From a virus, in IMG/VR virus record IMGVR_UViG_3300036791_001436, positions 11,340-75,339 of that record: DNA of 64,000 bases; one strand, 5' to 3'. The first letter of the stretch is position 1. Every line of letters begins with the position of its first letter. The notes under the pieces are model-generated. The model saw only the letters and a program-made list of their open reading frames with translations, had not been told where the DNA came from and made no database searches. Positions 10,148 through 20,560 of this stretch are shown in pieces. The position numbers and the translations under genes were made by a program.

Positions 10148-10653
10148 TGGCCAACACCCCACCCCGCACTCCCAGCGTCGATCGGGTTGACAATGCTCAG
10201 ATGGTGGCCAACCCTGCCTCTGCTCCTACTACCTACCCTACCATCTGGAGCCCTGCGTATGGCATCCAGTTGATCCTTCAGAGCGTGGGAGTGGTGGATG
10301 GCGACTCTGGATGGACCTCAGCATGTGGCCAAGAGCCTGACCAACCTGACAAGATGGTGACGATCTACGACCGCGGCGGCCGTGCTCCCGAGGTGGTAGT
10401 AGGCATCAACTGGCCAGAGGTCCAGTTTATCGTGCGCGGGGGAAAGCTCGACTATAATGGGGCATATGGCCAGTGCATCGCAATTCGCAATGCGATCCAA
10501 GCCATTCCCGACCAACCCGTCTGGCCAGAACTCACCTCTGTGTGGGAGCGGACGGACATACAGAATCTTGGCAGGGACGGTGCGAGCCGCCCCCGCCTTT
10601 CGATGAACTACCAGTTGATCACTACGCCGGCTGATCCCGGCTACAGAATGTAA
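10144..10653 (+). CDS. Tail terminator protein
   Basis: PD.PD..V.IYD.GG, P.VQ..VRG and LGRD...RP..S.N motifs; synteny. Confidence 0.7.
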   Translation: MMANTPPRTPSVDRVDNAQMVANPASAPTTYPTIWSPAYGIQLILQSVGVVDGDSGWTSACGQEPDQPDKMVTIYDRGGRAPEVVVGINWPEVQFIVRGGKLDYNGAYGQCIAIRNAIQAIPDQPVWPELTSVWERTDIQNLGRDGASRPRLSMNYQLITTPADPGYRM

Positions 10654-10673
10654 TTGTTAGACAGGAGATCGTC

Positions 10674-11735
10674 ATGTCGAACAAAAGGCTGCAGATCTCG
10701 ACGGACAACGTCAACTGGTATACCTTCCCAGGCTCGACGGCGGCGAAGAAGGTTGAACTCAACTCGATCACTGACACGATCTTCGGTCAGCCCTTCGAGT
10801 CGATGAATCCGACCATTGGTCAGTCGGACTATTCCGGCGACTCCTACTTCAAGGGAGTGGCAGGGTACAATGCCCAGATCAAAGAGACGGGCATCCCGAC
10901 GGTGATGACCTCTGAGCCGTGCACTCTGGTCTCCGGTAAGACTTACCAGATCACCAATCCGGCACACCGGCTGATCGTCGTCGAAGCCAACCTCATCATC
11001 ATGGACGCCGGCGTCAACAAGGTCGCGAACGTGGCGTTCATCGACTATCTTGCCGGCACGATCACCTTCGCGGCTTCCTATGTGGTCACCGGACCCGTCA
11101 CCGTCACCGGCTCCTACTATCCTACGGCGACTCTGGCGAAGGCAAGGTCGTGGACTCTCACGCAGACCCAGACTGAGATCGACGCCACCGACTACGACGA
11201 TGCGCAAGCCACCAACGGGATGCGCACCTTCCTGCCAGGGCTGAAGAGCGTCAAGCTGGCGCTCCAGAGCATCTACTTCGCCTCCAACGCCTACATCTCC
11301 GACTTGCTCAGCCGGAGCACGGTGTACGTCGTCGGCGACCTCGAAGGGGCGACCACCCCCAATATGGAAGTCTGGCGGGGGATGTTCCGCAAGGTGGACC
11401 ACAACCAGCAGGGCAATCAAGGTGCGTTGGAAGAAGAGACCATCAACTACGACCTCTTCGTCTACAACAACCCCCTCATGTCGTTCCCCTTCAGCTGGTA
11501 CGTAGCTGGTGGGTCGTCGATGCTCGCCATGGCTGTGCAGGAGGCGATCAACGCCTGGCAGCTGCAGACCACGATCTACATCCGCTACCTGCCGTCAGGC
11601 GTTACGGGTATGATCCCTCCAGATGGCTGGACGTCGGCTGCGATCGTCACCGAGGCGAGCCTTGCCAACGACTCCACCGGGCAGAACGTCTTCACCTTCA
11701 AGTTCCGCGCAACGGGGGCGCTCTCGAACGTCTAG
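10674..11735 (+). CDS. Major tail tube protein
   Basis: 353 aa, beta-rich, with ID.T.YD motif; precedes chaperones and tape measure. Confidence 0.75.
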   Translation: MSNKRLQISTDNVNWYTFPGSTAAKKVELNSITDTIFGQPFESMNPTIGQSDYSGDSYFKGVAGYNAQIKETGIPTVMTSEPCTLVSGKTYQITNPAHRLIVVEANLIIMDAGVNKVANVAFIDYLAGTITFAASYVVTGPVTVTGSYYPTATLAKARSWTLTQTQTEIDATDYDDAQATNGMRTFLPGLKSVKLALQSIYFASNAYISDLLSRSTVYVVGDLEGATTPNMEVWRGMFRKVDHNQQGNQGALEEETINYDLFVYNNPLMSFPFSWYVAGGSSMLAMAVQEAINAWQLQTTIYIRYLPSGVTGMIPPDGWTSAAIVTEASLANDSTGQNVFTFKFRATGALSNV

Positions 11736-11784
11736 CCCCTGACCCCACCTCTCCCTTTATCAACCCGAATGACAAGAGGCCAAC

Positions 11785-12258
11785 ATGTCATCCGATACCA
11801 TGGAACCCGTCGGCGATGTGCCCGGCGTGACTACCACCGACGAAGAGGTTCTGCCTGCCGCCCCTGAGCCCAAGTTGGCTGACAAGGCCAATGGCTCCGA
11901 GAACGTCCTCGCAAATCCCACACGGGACCAGATCAGACAGGCGATCCTCGACTCCAAGCCTGAAACCGAGAAGGTGGTCTTCAACGGCGTCCTGGTGGAG
12001 CTGCACCAGCCTTCCCTCGAGGAACTGCTGAACGTTCGCGCCGGCGCAGAGGACGACAACAAGAAGGCGGTGGTCTCGATGATCATCACCTACTGCTACG
12101 TCCCTGGGACGAACATGAAGGTGTTCGAGGAGACCGACTACGATTCGCTCCTCTCCGTTCCTTTCGGGAAGGGCATGTCGACTCTGCTCGAAGGGTTCAC
12201 CAAGCTCACGGGGGTGGATGTCACGGATGCCGATAAAAGAAAGGCTGAGGGGAGATAG
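11785..12258 (+). CDS. Tail assembly chaperone (gpG-like)
   Basis: Position between tail tube and tape measure; acidic. Confidence 0.7.
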   Translation: MSSDTMEPVGDVPGVTTTDEEVLPAAPEPKLADKANGSENVLANPTRDQIRQAILDSKPETEKVVFNGVLVELHQPSLEELLNVRAGAEDDNKKAVVSMIITYCYVPGTNMKVFEETDYDSLLSVPFGKGMSTLLEGFTKLTGVDVTDADKRKAEGR

Positions 12259-12433
12259 CCTGCGCTGGATCATCATGACCGTCGCCTATGAACTCGGCAA
12301 GACGGAAGAGGAGATCGTTCACTGGTCTGTGACTACTCTGAAGCGGTGGTGGACGTTCTTTATCGTCCGGGCTGAAGAGGAGGCTAAGGCCTATGAGCGG
12401 GCCCGTCGGAGAGCTGGAGCCGGCGGTCGTTAG
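12218..12433 (+). CDS. Tail assembly chaperone extension (gpT-like), probably made by frameshift
   Basis: Overlaps the 3' end of the chaperone in the +1 frame; A.ELGKT.EE.....L..W..FF motif. Confidence 0.65.
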   Translation: MSRMPIKERLRGDSLRWIIMTVAYELGKTEEEIVHWSVTTLKRWWTFFIVRAEEEAKAYERARRRAGAGGR

Positions 12434-12448
12434 AGATGAGAGGGGCCG

Positions 12449-15400
12449 GTGCTAAACCTCGGTGACCTCACCTTTGGGATTACCGCGAACACTGCAGGGC
12501 TTCAGGCTGCACAGCAACAACTACAGTCATTCGGCCGTGCGTTACAGGGCACTGTAACCAAGGCGAAGGGTGACATCGACGCTACTACCTCTGCCCTGAT
12601 ACGGCAAGAGGGTGCGGCGCTACGTGCGCTGCAACAGGTGCAGAGCATGCAGAACCGGATCGCCTCTGGCGGTCTATCTCCTGCAGCAGCGTCACGTCTT
12701 ACCACCCAACTTGAAAGTGCATTCACTAAGTTCTCGAGCGCACAGGCGCAGCGATCACCCTTAAACCAGTTGCAGCAATCACGCCAGGCCATAGCTTTCG
12801 CCGAACAGCTTCAGGATGTTGCCCGAGCCTTTACTTCGGAGACCGTTGCTGCAAGGCAAGCAGAGGCCGAAGCAAATGCTGTCCAGGCGGCTTTCGAAAA
12901 GCAGTCGCTGGCCGCTATGCGCGCAGAGAACTCTGTCATGCTGCTTCAGGAACGTCTGGAGCAAGCGGCAAAGGCAGGCGCTATCTCCCCTGCTCGCGCT
13001 GGCGCACTCTCTGGACAATTGACTGGAGCTCTAGGGGCACTGCGCGGCGAGACAACAGGCGCAGGTGCAGATCCTCTCAATGCGGAGGCGATGCTTGCCA
13101 GCTCCCAGAAGTTCAGTAACGCACTCGGCTCTGTCCGGAATGAACTGTCCCAGGCGCAAAGAGCTGCGGCTCCCTTCAACGCTGCGATGCGTGGTATCAG
13201 TGATGCGTTGATCTTGTCTACTGGCCCCTTCGGAATGATGGCGTTCCGCCTACGTGCAGTTACCGACCTGATGAAGGAGTTCGGTGTTGTAGCCGGCGGC
13301 AGTGTAGCAGCTATTGTAGGCGTGGGCGTTGCCGTGTTCGGCCTGGGCGACGCTATGCTGCATGCTATGATTAGTCTACAGCAGGTTGAAGTCACTCTGA
13401 AGGCCATCACGGGATCTAGTATAGTTGCCAATGAAGAAGTTGGGTACTTACGGGATACTGCCAACCAGGCAGGCCTTTCGTTCCAAACCTTGGGAGCAGT
13501 GTTCGGGCGCTTTGAAGCCGCTGCAACTGCGACTGGGCAGAGTCTATCCATAACGCACGAGGAGTTTACTAAGCTCTCCCTGATCATGGGCACCTTGCAC
13601 TTAGGTACAGAGCAGGTGAATAACGTCGTGCGTACCATGGACGAGATCTTCTCGCAGGGGTATGTGCAGACGAGGAACGTGGTTCGACAGCTGGCGACCG
13701 AACTCCCAGGCGCGATGGACATCTCTCGTGTAGCTGCTGCGGCCATGACTGGCCAGCTGAAGCTCACGGGGGCAGAGTTCACGAAGATGCTGTCCCAGAA
13801 GACGGTGTCAGGCCCTGAATTCGTCCAGGCGTTCTTGAAGGCCTACTCCGAGTTCATCAAGCTGGATCCCGCCAAGCCTATTGATACCTTGCAGGCCTCT
13901 ATCAACCGCTTAGGCAACCAGTGGAACTATCTGCTCACTACTACCTCGGAGTCTACAGGAGCTACCAAACTCTTTAAGGACGTCATCACTGGGCTAGCAA
14001 ATGGGATCCAGTCGCTACGGAATAACTTGTCGACCGTGCTGACCAACATTGCAGGGTTTGTAGGCGCTTTGGCAGGTATAGGCGCAGCGCTGGTCGTGAT
14101 CTCGTCCTTCGCCCCTACAATCGCAGCATTTGCGACCGTCTGGAGAACCTTTGCCAATGCCATAGTAATAGTGCGCAATGCGGAGACGATCCTAGCCGGT
14201 GTACAGGCGGCGCTCAACGCCTTGATGTCCGCCAATCCTATAGTGCTCGTCATACAGCTATTCCTTTCGCTCGCTGCAGCTGTTGTGGGCGCCAAAGTTG
14301 CTATGGACTTGATGAACACTGCCATCATGACTAACAATGCCCAGATGGCGGACACTTCGGATATTGACAACTACATCAAGAAGGAGAAGGACCTCAAGAC
14401 CCAGGTCGATGAAGTGACTGCGGCTTACGCAAAGCAGGCTGGCGCAGCTCAGATCGCGACCCAGGGCCAGTTCATCCCTGCTCTGATTGCCCTTAATAAG
14501 GCGCAAAGGGACTTCGATGCGGAGTTGCAAGCTGCCCAGCAGATGGACATTGCGCAGGGCATTCCCACTTCGATGGCGAATCAGAGCAAGGCTGTTCAAA
14601 GAGCGCAGTCCGTACTGGACGACGCTAAGCAAGCCTATCAGATGGCTCAGCAGGCCGGTATCGACGCTGACAAGCGAGTGCAGGCCATTCAGGCGATCGC
14701 CGCTAAGCCTTCTGACCGAACCCTAGGAGTTGGGTCGGCAGGAGACGCTACTCACAAGGGACCGAGCCCCTTCGCCGGGACGTCGGAGATCGAGAAGGTC
14801 ATCCAAGAGGCGGCCGCCGCTCAACAACAAGTCAACGAACTGCTCGCCAATCCTACCGCCAATACGAAGACGATCGAAGACCTCGCTAAGGCGCGAGAGC
14901 TGCTATACGACATCTCCCACTCGAAGGACACCCAGGCGCAGCTCAACGTCATCGTCAAGTTGATGAACGATGCAGGCGACAAGTCTATCGGTCTAGGCGC
15001 CCACCTTGACGAAGTTACCGCACACCTAGAAGCGTTCGTCAAAAAGGCACGTGAAGGGCACGAGACTCTCAAGGACTGGGCAGATACGCAGGAGAGGATC
15101 AAGAAGGGCGCCGCAGATCTATCTTCTGAGCAGGAGAGGATCACCGCATTGGTAAATGGGGTGAACCCTGACTCGTTGGATATATTCAAGAAGCCTCTGG
15201 ATGAGGCGAGGAAGCTCATTGGCGAGCTTCAACAGTTCCCTGCTCTGTTGGCAACTTTGGAGGAGCAATCGAAGGGAGCTCCAGGAGAGGACTTTGCTCA
15301 CCGGCTTGCAAATATGATTTCCGGCGGAGAAGCACTGAAGGAGGCTGAGAAGCCTCTGCAGTTGATCAACGAAGATGCTCTGACAATGTCGACCAATCTG

Positions 15401-16588
15401 GCGTCGTTGAAGGCATCTTCTGTCGGTTCTATTCTCGACGTGGGCTATATGGAGCAGGCCACGAAAGCGTTGCAGGGCCTTGACTCTGACGGCCTTGCGA
15501 AGGTTGAAGCGTCTCTGTCCCGCTTCGAGACGGTAACTGGGAGTGCCACTACAGACCTTGCGAACTTCCTTAAGACGCAGGCGCTCGTGCAGCAAGCGAC
15601 TGACCTTCACAAGAAGGCGCTAGAAGACAACATCAAGGCCTGGCAGGACTGGGCTGACAATACGGTAGATTCCATCGGCAAGGTCCTCAACGGGACTGAG
15701 TCCCTGGGGACTGGCATAAAGGATATCTTCCACTCCCTGGCAACGACGATAATTAACGCCGCGCTCATTAATCCCATGAAGCTGGCGCTGAACCAGGGCA
15801 TCTCCAACATGATGCAGGGGATTACCTCTGGCTTCGGTGCTACCTCTATGGGAGGTCTCTGGGGGACTATCGGCAATGTGATCAAGAGCGCGTTCGGGGG
15901 AGGTGCTCAGGGGTTCTCGGGTGCGGCCGGTACCTCGGCAGCTTTGGCAGCAACGACTTCGCTCACCGCTGCAACGACTGCAACTGCTGCCTCGACTACC
16001 GCACAGGGCATCGCCACCGCCACTGCCACTGCGTCGTTGGTAGCGTTCACTGGCGCCTTAGATTTGGCTTCCGTTGCGGCCATGGGCTCTGCAACCAGTG
16101 GTATCACATCGTTCCTCTCGCCCCTGATTGGCGTTGGGACTCTGATGACGGTTGCTACGGGTACTCAAGGGCCCATCTCTGGTCCAGGCACTACCACTTC
16201 AGATTCCATCCTTGCAAGGGTGTCGAAGGGTGAATGGATCATCAACGCCGCGGTAGGTCAGCGGTATGGATCCTTGCTGCGTGCGATCACGACAGGCAAG
16301 GCTCTTCCTGGGTTCGCCTATGGAGGGTACGCTGGCAATGCGGCTGGTGACCTCTTCGTGCCAGGGGTTGGGTCGCAGGCAATGTCTGCAGCCATCACCA
16401 ACGCCAACTCGACTGGGATAGACGCACGTGCGTATATCGATGCGCGCGGCGCAACTCCAGACGCGGTAGCGGCCCTCAGAGACGAGATGCGGATCAGGGA
16501 GGCAAAACTGAAGTCGCAACTACCCCAGATCATCGATGCGCGTACGGTAGATAACCGAGTGCGCAATCGTTGGGGCATGGCGTACTAG
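12449..16588 (+). CDS. Tape measure protein
   Basis: 1379 aa Ala-rich helical. N-terminal LGDL.F.I.A.T, tape-measure core, C-terminal GPGT.TSDSI.ARVS.GE. Confidence 0.9.
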   Translation: MLNLGDLTFGITANTAGLQAAQQQLQSFGRALQGTVTKAKGDIDATTSALIRQEGAALRALQQVQSMQNRIASGGLSPAAASRLTTQLESAFTKFSSAQAQRSPLNQLQQSRQAIAFAEQLQDVARAFTSETVAARQAEAEANAVQAAFEKQSLAAMRAENSVMLLQERLEQAAKAGAISPARAGALSGQLTGALGALRGETTGAGADPLNAEAMLASSQKFSNALGSVRNELSQAQRAAAPFNAAMRGISDALILSTGPFGMMAFRLRAVTDLMKEFGVVAGGSVAAIVGVGVAVFGLGDAMLHAMISLQQVEVTLKAITGSSIVANEEVGYLRDTANQAGLSFQTLGAVFGRFEAAATATGQSLSITHEEFTKLSLIMGTLHLGTEQVNNVVRTMDEIFSQGYVQTRNVVRQLATELPGAMDISRVAAAAMTGQLKLTGAEFTKMLSQKTVSGPEFVQAFLKAYSEFIKLDPAKPIDTLQASINRLGNQWNYLLTTTSESTGATKLFKDVITGLANGIQSLRNNLSTVLTNIAGFVGALAGIGAALVVISSFAPTIAAFATVWRTFANAIVIVRNAETILAGVQAALNALMSANPIVLVIQLFLSLAAAVVGAKVAMDLMNTAIMTNNAQMADTSDIDNYIKKEKDLKTQVDEVTAAYAKQAGAAQIATQGQFIPALIALNKAQRDFDAELQAAQQMDIAQGIPTSMANQSKAVQRAQSVLDDAKQAYQMAQQAGIDADKRVQAIQAIAAKPSDRTLGVGSAGDATHKGPSPFAGTSEIEKVIQEAAAAQQQVNELLANPTANTKTIEDLAKARELLYDISHSKDTQAQLNVIVKLMNDAGDKSIGLGAHLDEVTAHLEAFVKKAREGHETLKDWADTQERIKKGAADLSSEQERITALVNGVNPDSLDIFKKPLDEARKLIGELQQFPALLATLEEQSKGAPGEDFAHRLANMISGGEALKEAEKPLQLINEDALTMSTNLASLKASSVGSILDVGYMEQATKALQGLDSDGLAKVEASLSRFETVTGSATTDLANFLKTQALVQQATDLHKKALEDNIKAWQDWADNTVDSIGKVLNGTESLGTGIKDIFHSLATTIINAALINPMKLALNQGISNMMQGITSGFGATSMGGLWGTIGNVIKSAFGGGAQGFSGAAGTSAALAATTSLTAATTATAASTTAQGIATATATASLVAFTGALDLASVAAMGSATSGITSFLSPLIGVGTLMTVATGTQGPISGPGTTTSDSILARVSKGEWIINAAVGQRYGSLLRAITTGKALPGFAYGGYAGNAAGDLFVPGVGSQAMSAAITNANSTGIDARAYIDARGATPDAVAALRDEMRIREAKLKSQLPQIIDARTVDNRVRNRWGMAY

Positions 16589-16611
16589 CGCTAGGGAGAG
16601 GGTAAGAGGCC

Positions 16612-17310
16612 ATGGCAATTGTTCCTGCCCTAGCGATGCCGAGCCCCTTGCCGGTGAACTCGGTGACCTTCAATCTCACTCCGGTTCAGATGCTGACTCC
16701 TACCAATACAGGCGGGGGTGGTTTCATCCAGAGCATAGACCGTACCACTCCGATGTGGACAGCGAAGTATGTGACGCGCCCTCTGGCATCAACTGGCGGC
16801 AGCGCGTATCAAGCCTGGATTAGATGGCTTGACCTTCTTGAAGGGTCCAACTATCCTTTCCTGGCGTTCCATCCTCGCTTCCCAGTGCCTGCGGCGTTCA
16901 TGTCGCAGATGCCTGGCGCGCTGACTTCAAAGCCATGGGGTGCGGCAACTGTTGTGTCAGCCAACAACTTCTCCGACCCTGGGTACATCATCAACGGGGT
17001 GCAACAGGGAACACTGACGGTGTCTGGGTTCACCGTTGGTACAGTATTGAGCCCAGGTGACTTCGTCGCTTACCAGAACGGGAACCTCTTCCTCCTGTAT
17101 AGGGTGTGCGACCAGGCAGGCCCAGGGGCCATCTCGAAGATCGCCGTGAAGCCCCGTCCTCAGGATGTGATCTCTACGTCACTGGCGCTGAACCTGTCCA
17201 AGCCCTGCTGCTCTATGAAGATGACCGCAGTTCCTGCATGGACTGACGATGTATCGTCGTTCCCCATCTGCACAATTATGGCAGCCCAGTATATGGAACG
17301 GGGGACGTAG
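16612..17310 (+). CDS. Distal tail (Dit-like) protein
   Basis: Follows TMP; W...L..LEG and L.PGD motifs. Confidence 0.6.
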   Translation: MAIVPALAMPSPLPVNSVTFNLTPVQMLTPTNTGGGGFIQSIDRTTPMWTAKYVTRPLASTGGSAYQAWIRWLDLLEGSNYPFLAFHPRFPVPAAFMSQMPGALTSKPWGAATVVSANNFSDPGYIINGVQQGTLTVSGFTVGTVLSPGDFVAYQNGNLFLLYRVCDQAGPGAISKIAVKPRPQDVISTSLALNLSKPCCSMKMTAVPAWTDDVSSFPICTIMAAQYMERGT

Positions 17311-17313
17311 CCC

Positions 17314-18063
17314 GTGGCACGAGCGTTTACCCCCGCACAACTACAGCTAATACAGGGAGGTCGTATTAAAGCCCGTCTCCTGGCATTGTTTGCCTTGGAC
17401 TCAGGCAACTGGTATTTCTGTGATGACGTATGGGACATGTCAGATGGAACTAATACTTGGATTGGTGCTTCTGCTCTTGCATCTTGCACTGACATCACTT
17501 CCGCCGCCGGATTCGCCGCCGAGTCCGCAACGATCATTATTGATGGAGACCGCCTATCACAGTCAGGCTTTACCGATCCTGCGTATCTCTTCCGGGAGAT
17601 CATGTACGAGATGGTGCACCAGCGCCGGGTATACCTTTATTTAGGCCTAGCGCTGCCGGACTCGAAGAACTTCACGCTGGTAGTCCCGATCTACACCGGG
17701 GTGATCAATAACTGCAAGGTGGTATACCCTGCCGTCGATGTTATGGGGTCCAAGGGGGGCGGTGATCCTTCTACAGTGCAGCCATCCCAGGGGCAGTTGA
17801 TCATCACCCTGGATTCTATTGCCAGCCGATATAGTTCCTCGACATTCCGCACCCGCTCGCACAACGACCAGTTGAACATTGACTCCTCGGATCAGTTCAT
17901 GTCGTTCGTGAGCCGTTTGGTTGGTAATGAGCAGATCCTATACTGGGGCAAGAATCCTCCCAAGGCCATCCCCAACCAGGGATATCCGTACCAGGGCTCG
18001 GTCATAGGAGGGCAGTATAACCCCTACGACCCCTTCGGCGGGATACAAGGGAATACCTACTGA
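17314..18063 (+). CDS. Minor tail/hub protein (gpL/DUF2163-like)
   Basis: Synteny; D.F..FV.......I.WG C-terminal motif. Confidence 0.6.
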   Translation: MARAFTPAQLQLIQGGRIKARLLALFALDSGNWYFCDDVWDMSDGTNTWIGASALASCTDITSAAGFAAESATIIIDGDRLSQSGFTDPAYLFREIMYEMVHQRRVYLYLGLALPDSKNFTLVVPIYTGVINNCKVVYPAVDVMGSKGGGDPSTVQPSQGQLIITLDSIASRYSSSTFRTRSHNDQLNIDSSDQFMSFVSRLVGNEQILYWGKNPPKAIPNQGYPYQGSVIGGQYNPYDPFGGIQGNTY

Positions 18064-18539
18064 TGTCCAGAGTTCATGACTGGGGACAGAGGCTGACGGA
18101 GTACATCGTGCAGTTGCGGTACGAGATGGACTGCGACTACAAGCACTTCGGGTATGATACTGGGGACCCGTTTGCAGTCAACTGCCTGACGTTTGCAGTA
18201 GGTGCTGCCCAGGTGATCACAGGGCGTTCCTATGCAGATGCGTTTGCTGGGTACACGGATCCCAAGAGTGCACTGCGGTACATGAGGTCAAAGGGGGAGA
18301 ACCTCGGAGATGTGTTAGGCCTATACTTCCCGGAGAAGCCTTGTGCCTATGTGCAACGGGGTGATATCGTGCTGGTGCCAGCGCTGGAGCTCACCCCGTT
18401 CGGAGAGGGATGCTGCATTGCAGATCCGCCCCACTACTGGGGTTTAAGTGAAGGAGGTATAGGCTTCGGCCAGCTCACGGAGATCCTGCGAGCCTTCGCA
18501 GTTGATTCACTCCCGAGCCAATGGGAGGAGAAGGCTTAG
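18063..18539 (+). CDS. NlpC/P60-like tail tip protein (DUF6950-like)
   Basis: R..DW..RL, NC..FA......TG and QRGDIV motifs. Confidence 0.7.
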   Translation: MSRVHDWGQRLTEYIVQLRYEMDCDYKHFGYDTGDPFAVNCLTFAVGAAQVITGRSYADAFAGYTDPKSALRYMRSKGENLGDVLGLYFPEKPCAYVQRGDIVLVPALELTPFGEGCCIADPPHYWGLSEGGIGFGQLTEILRAFAVDSLPSQWEEKA

Positions 18540-20554
18540 TGCCTATCGTTATTCCCATCATAGCAGGGATTATTGTCGGCGCTGGCACGCTCGTTGGCGT
18601 CACTATCTCTGTCACCCTAGCCACTATGATCGCGTGGGGGCTAGTCCTAGGTGCGGCCATTGCTGCGTCGATGTTGCTGGCTCCCAAGGGGAATAAGTCG
18701 CTGTCCCAGGGGCAAGAGCTGGACGTCAAGTTGGATCCTACAATGCCCCGCCAGATAGTGGTTGGGCAGACAGCAACTGGTGGGAGTGTCATATGGGCAT
18801 TCACCTACACTGACGATTCCACTCCCAATAAGTACCTGGTGCGTGTAATAGAACTGTCGGACTACCCATGCTCAGGGTTCGTCAATGTGATGGAGGGATC
18901 GAACATCTACGGCCAGCTGCCGAATATTCTCAGCTTCGATGGGGACATCACTACAGGCTGGCACAACTGTCAACAGCACCTAGGGGCTGGCGGCGCCTAC
19001 AAGATGATGGCGCGGCTGTACTTGGGGACGCTACCGACACAAGCCAAAGGGTCGATCACTCTCATAGCGAATCCCCAGCCAGGGAATACGGTCACCATCG
19101 GAGGGTCTGCGATCACCTTTGTGTCGTCGGGGGCCAGCGGGAGCGCCCAGGTGAACATTGGAGCGAACCTCGCCGCTACAGCACTGGCGCTGACATACGT
19201 GGTTGCTGCCTATGAGACCATATATGGAGTACGCCCAGTCAACGTCCCTGGCACTGGCCAGGTGAATCTGTCCGCTATGGCGGCTGGGACTCCGGGCAAC
19301 GCCGTTCACCTTGCTACATCCAATCCTGGCGCGATCACCCTATCAGGGGCGACGCTGACAGGTGGTGGCAACGATGCCGTTGCAGACGCCAATCTCATTA
19401 ACTGGTCTGGAGGTCAGTGGACGTCCAACCACAAAGGCTCAGGCATATGCTACTGCGCTATGCGGTATACCTACAATACCGACGCGTTCCCAAATGGGGA
19501 ACCGCAGCTGCAGTGGATCCTGCAAGGGGCTAAGATCTACGACCAGCGCCAGGATGCAACTCGAACGAATCCTACCCGTACTGGTAGCCAGCGGCTGACT
19601 GACCCAAATTCTTGGGCATACTCCGAGAACAGCGCAGTAGTCGCCCAACAGGTGATGAGAGGCTTCTACGTCAACGGCGTTCAGATCTTCGGCGCTGCGG
19701 CGCAGGACATTGACTTGCCAGATCCCATGCTGCTGGCCGCATACAACACCTGCGATATCCTTGTACCCTTACCAGTTGGCGGGTCTGAGAAGCAGTATCG
19801 CTGTGGTATAATGCTCACGGCCTCTGAGAATGTATCCCAAGACTTGCTTGAGCTGCAGTCCTCTATGGACGGGAACATCTACGACCGCTCTGGGATCATC
19901 ACCATACTGCCGGGCGGGTCTCGTACTCCGCTGTTCACCCTTACGGACCAGGACGTCGTCTGGACAGAGGAGTCTTCTTGGCAGACGCTGGCCTCACTGG
20001 ATACCCTCTATAATTCCGTTACTGGTTCGTACATTCCGCAATCGCAAGCATACGTTGAGACGCCATTCCCTGTGCTACGCAATACGGCTTGGGAGACCGA
20101 TGATGGCTCGCAATGTATTCCCAGGAACATCACCTACCGTGCGGTCACCTCTGATACACAGGTACAGCGGATCAACAAGAGGGTGCATGCCGGTTCACGC
20201 TTCCAGGGCACGATAGGGTTCGTGACGAACCTCAATGGTCTGCAGATGGAGCAAGGGGATTGGTTCCAGTTCACCTCGGCCAGGTGGGGGTTTGCGGGGA
20301 AGTACTTCGTTTGCACACAGGACACTCTGCTGCAGACCCTGCGCCTGGGATTCATCGGCTCGGAGATATCTCCCAACATAGACGGGTGGGTCCCTGCAAT
20401 CGACTACAAGACTCCTACCGACACCGTCAGAGGGCAGACACTGCCGATCTTGTATCCAGGCGTTCCTCCATCCAACACCGTGTCCTCATCTGATGGGAGT
20501 AACCTGATCACCGACATCAACTTCACTGACCCCTTCTACTGGACTCTCTCGTAA
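18521..20554 (+). CDS. Central tail tip protein (gpJ-like) with inserted beta domain
   Basis: Hydrophobic N-terminus, PR..VVG.....G, G.KIYD.R, W.YSEN.A, YNSVTG.Y. Confidence 0.75.
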   Translation: MGGEGLVPIVIPIIAGIIVGAGTLVGVTISVTLATMIAWGLVLGAAIAASMLLAPKGNKSLSQGQELDVKLDPTMPRQIVVGQTATGGSVIWAFTYTDDSTPNKYLVRVIELSDYPCSGFVNVMEGSNIYGQLPNILSFDGDITTGWHNCQQHLGAGGAYKMMARLYLGTLPTQAKGSITLIANPQPGNTVTIGGSAITFVSSGASGSAQVNIGANLAATALALTYVVAAYETIYGVRPVNVPGTGQVNLSAMAAGTPGNAVHLATSNPGAITLSGATLTGGGNDAVADANLINWSGGQWTSNHKGSGICYCAMRYTYNTDAFPNGEPQLQWILQGAKIYDQRQDATRTNPTRTGSQRLTDPNSWAYSENSAVVAQQVMRGFYVNGVQIFGAAAQDIDLPDPMLLAAYNTCDILVPLPVGGSEKQYRCGIMLTASENVSQDLLELQSSMDGNIYDRSGIITILPGGSRTPLFTLTDQDVVWTEESSWQTLASLDTLYNSVTGSYIPQSQAYVETPFPVLRNTAWETDDGSQCIPRNITYRAVTSDTQVQRINKRVHAGSRFQGTIGFVTNLNGLQMEQGDWFQFTSARWGFAGKYFVCTQDTLLQTLRLGFIGSEISPNIDGWVPAIDYKTPTDTVRGQTLPILYPGVPPSNTVSSSDGSNLITDINFTDPFYWTLS

Positions 20555-20560
20555 CCTCCT

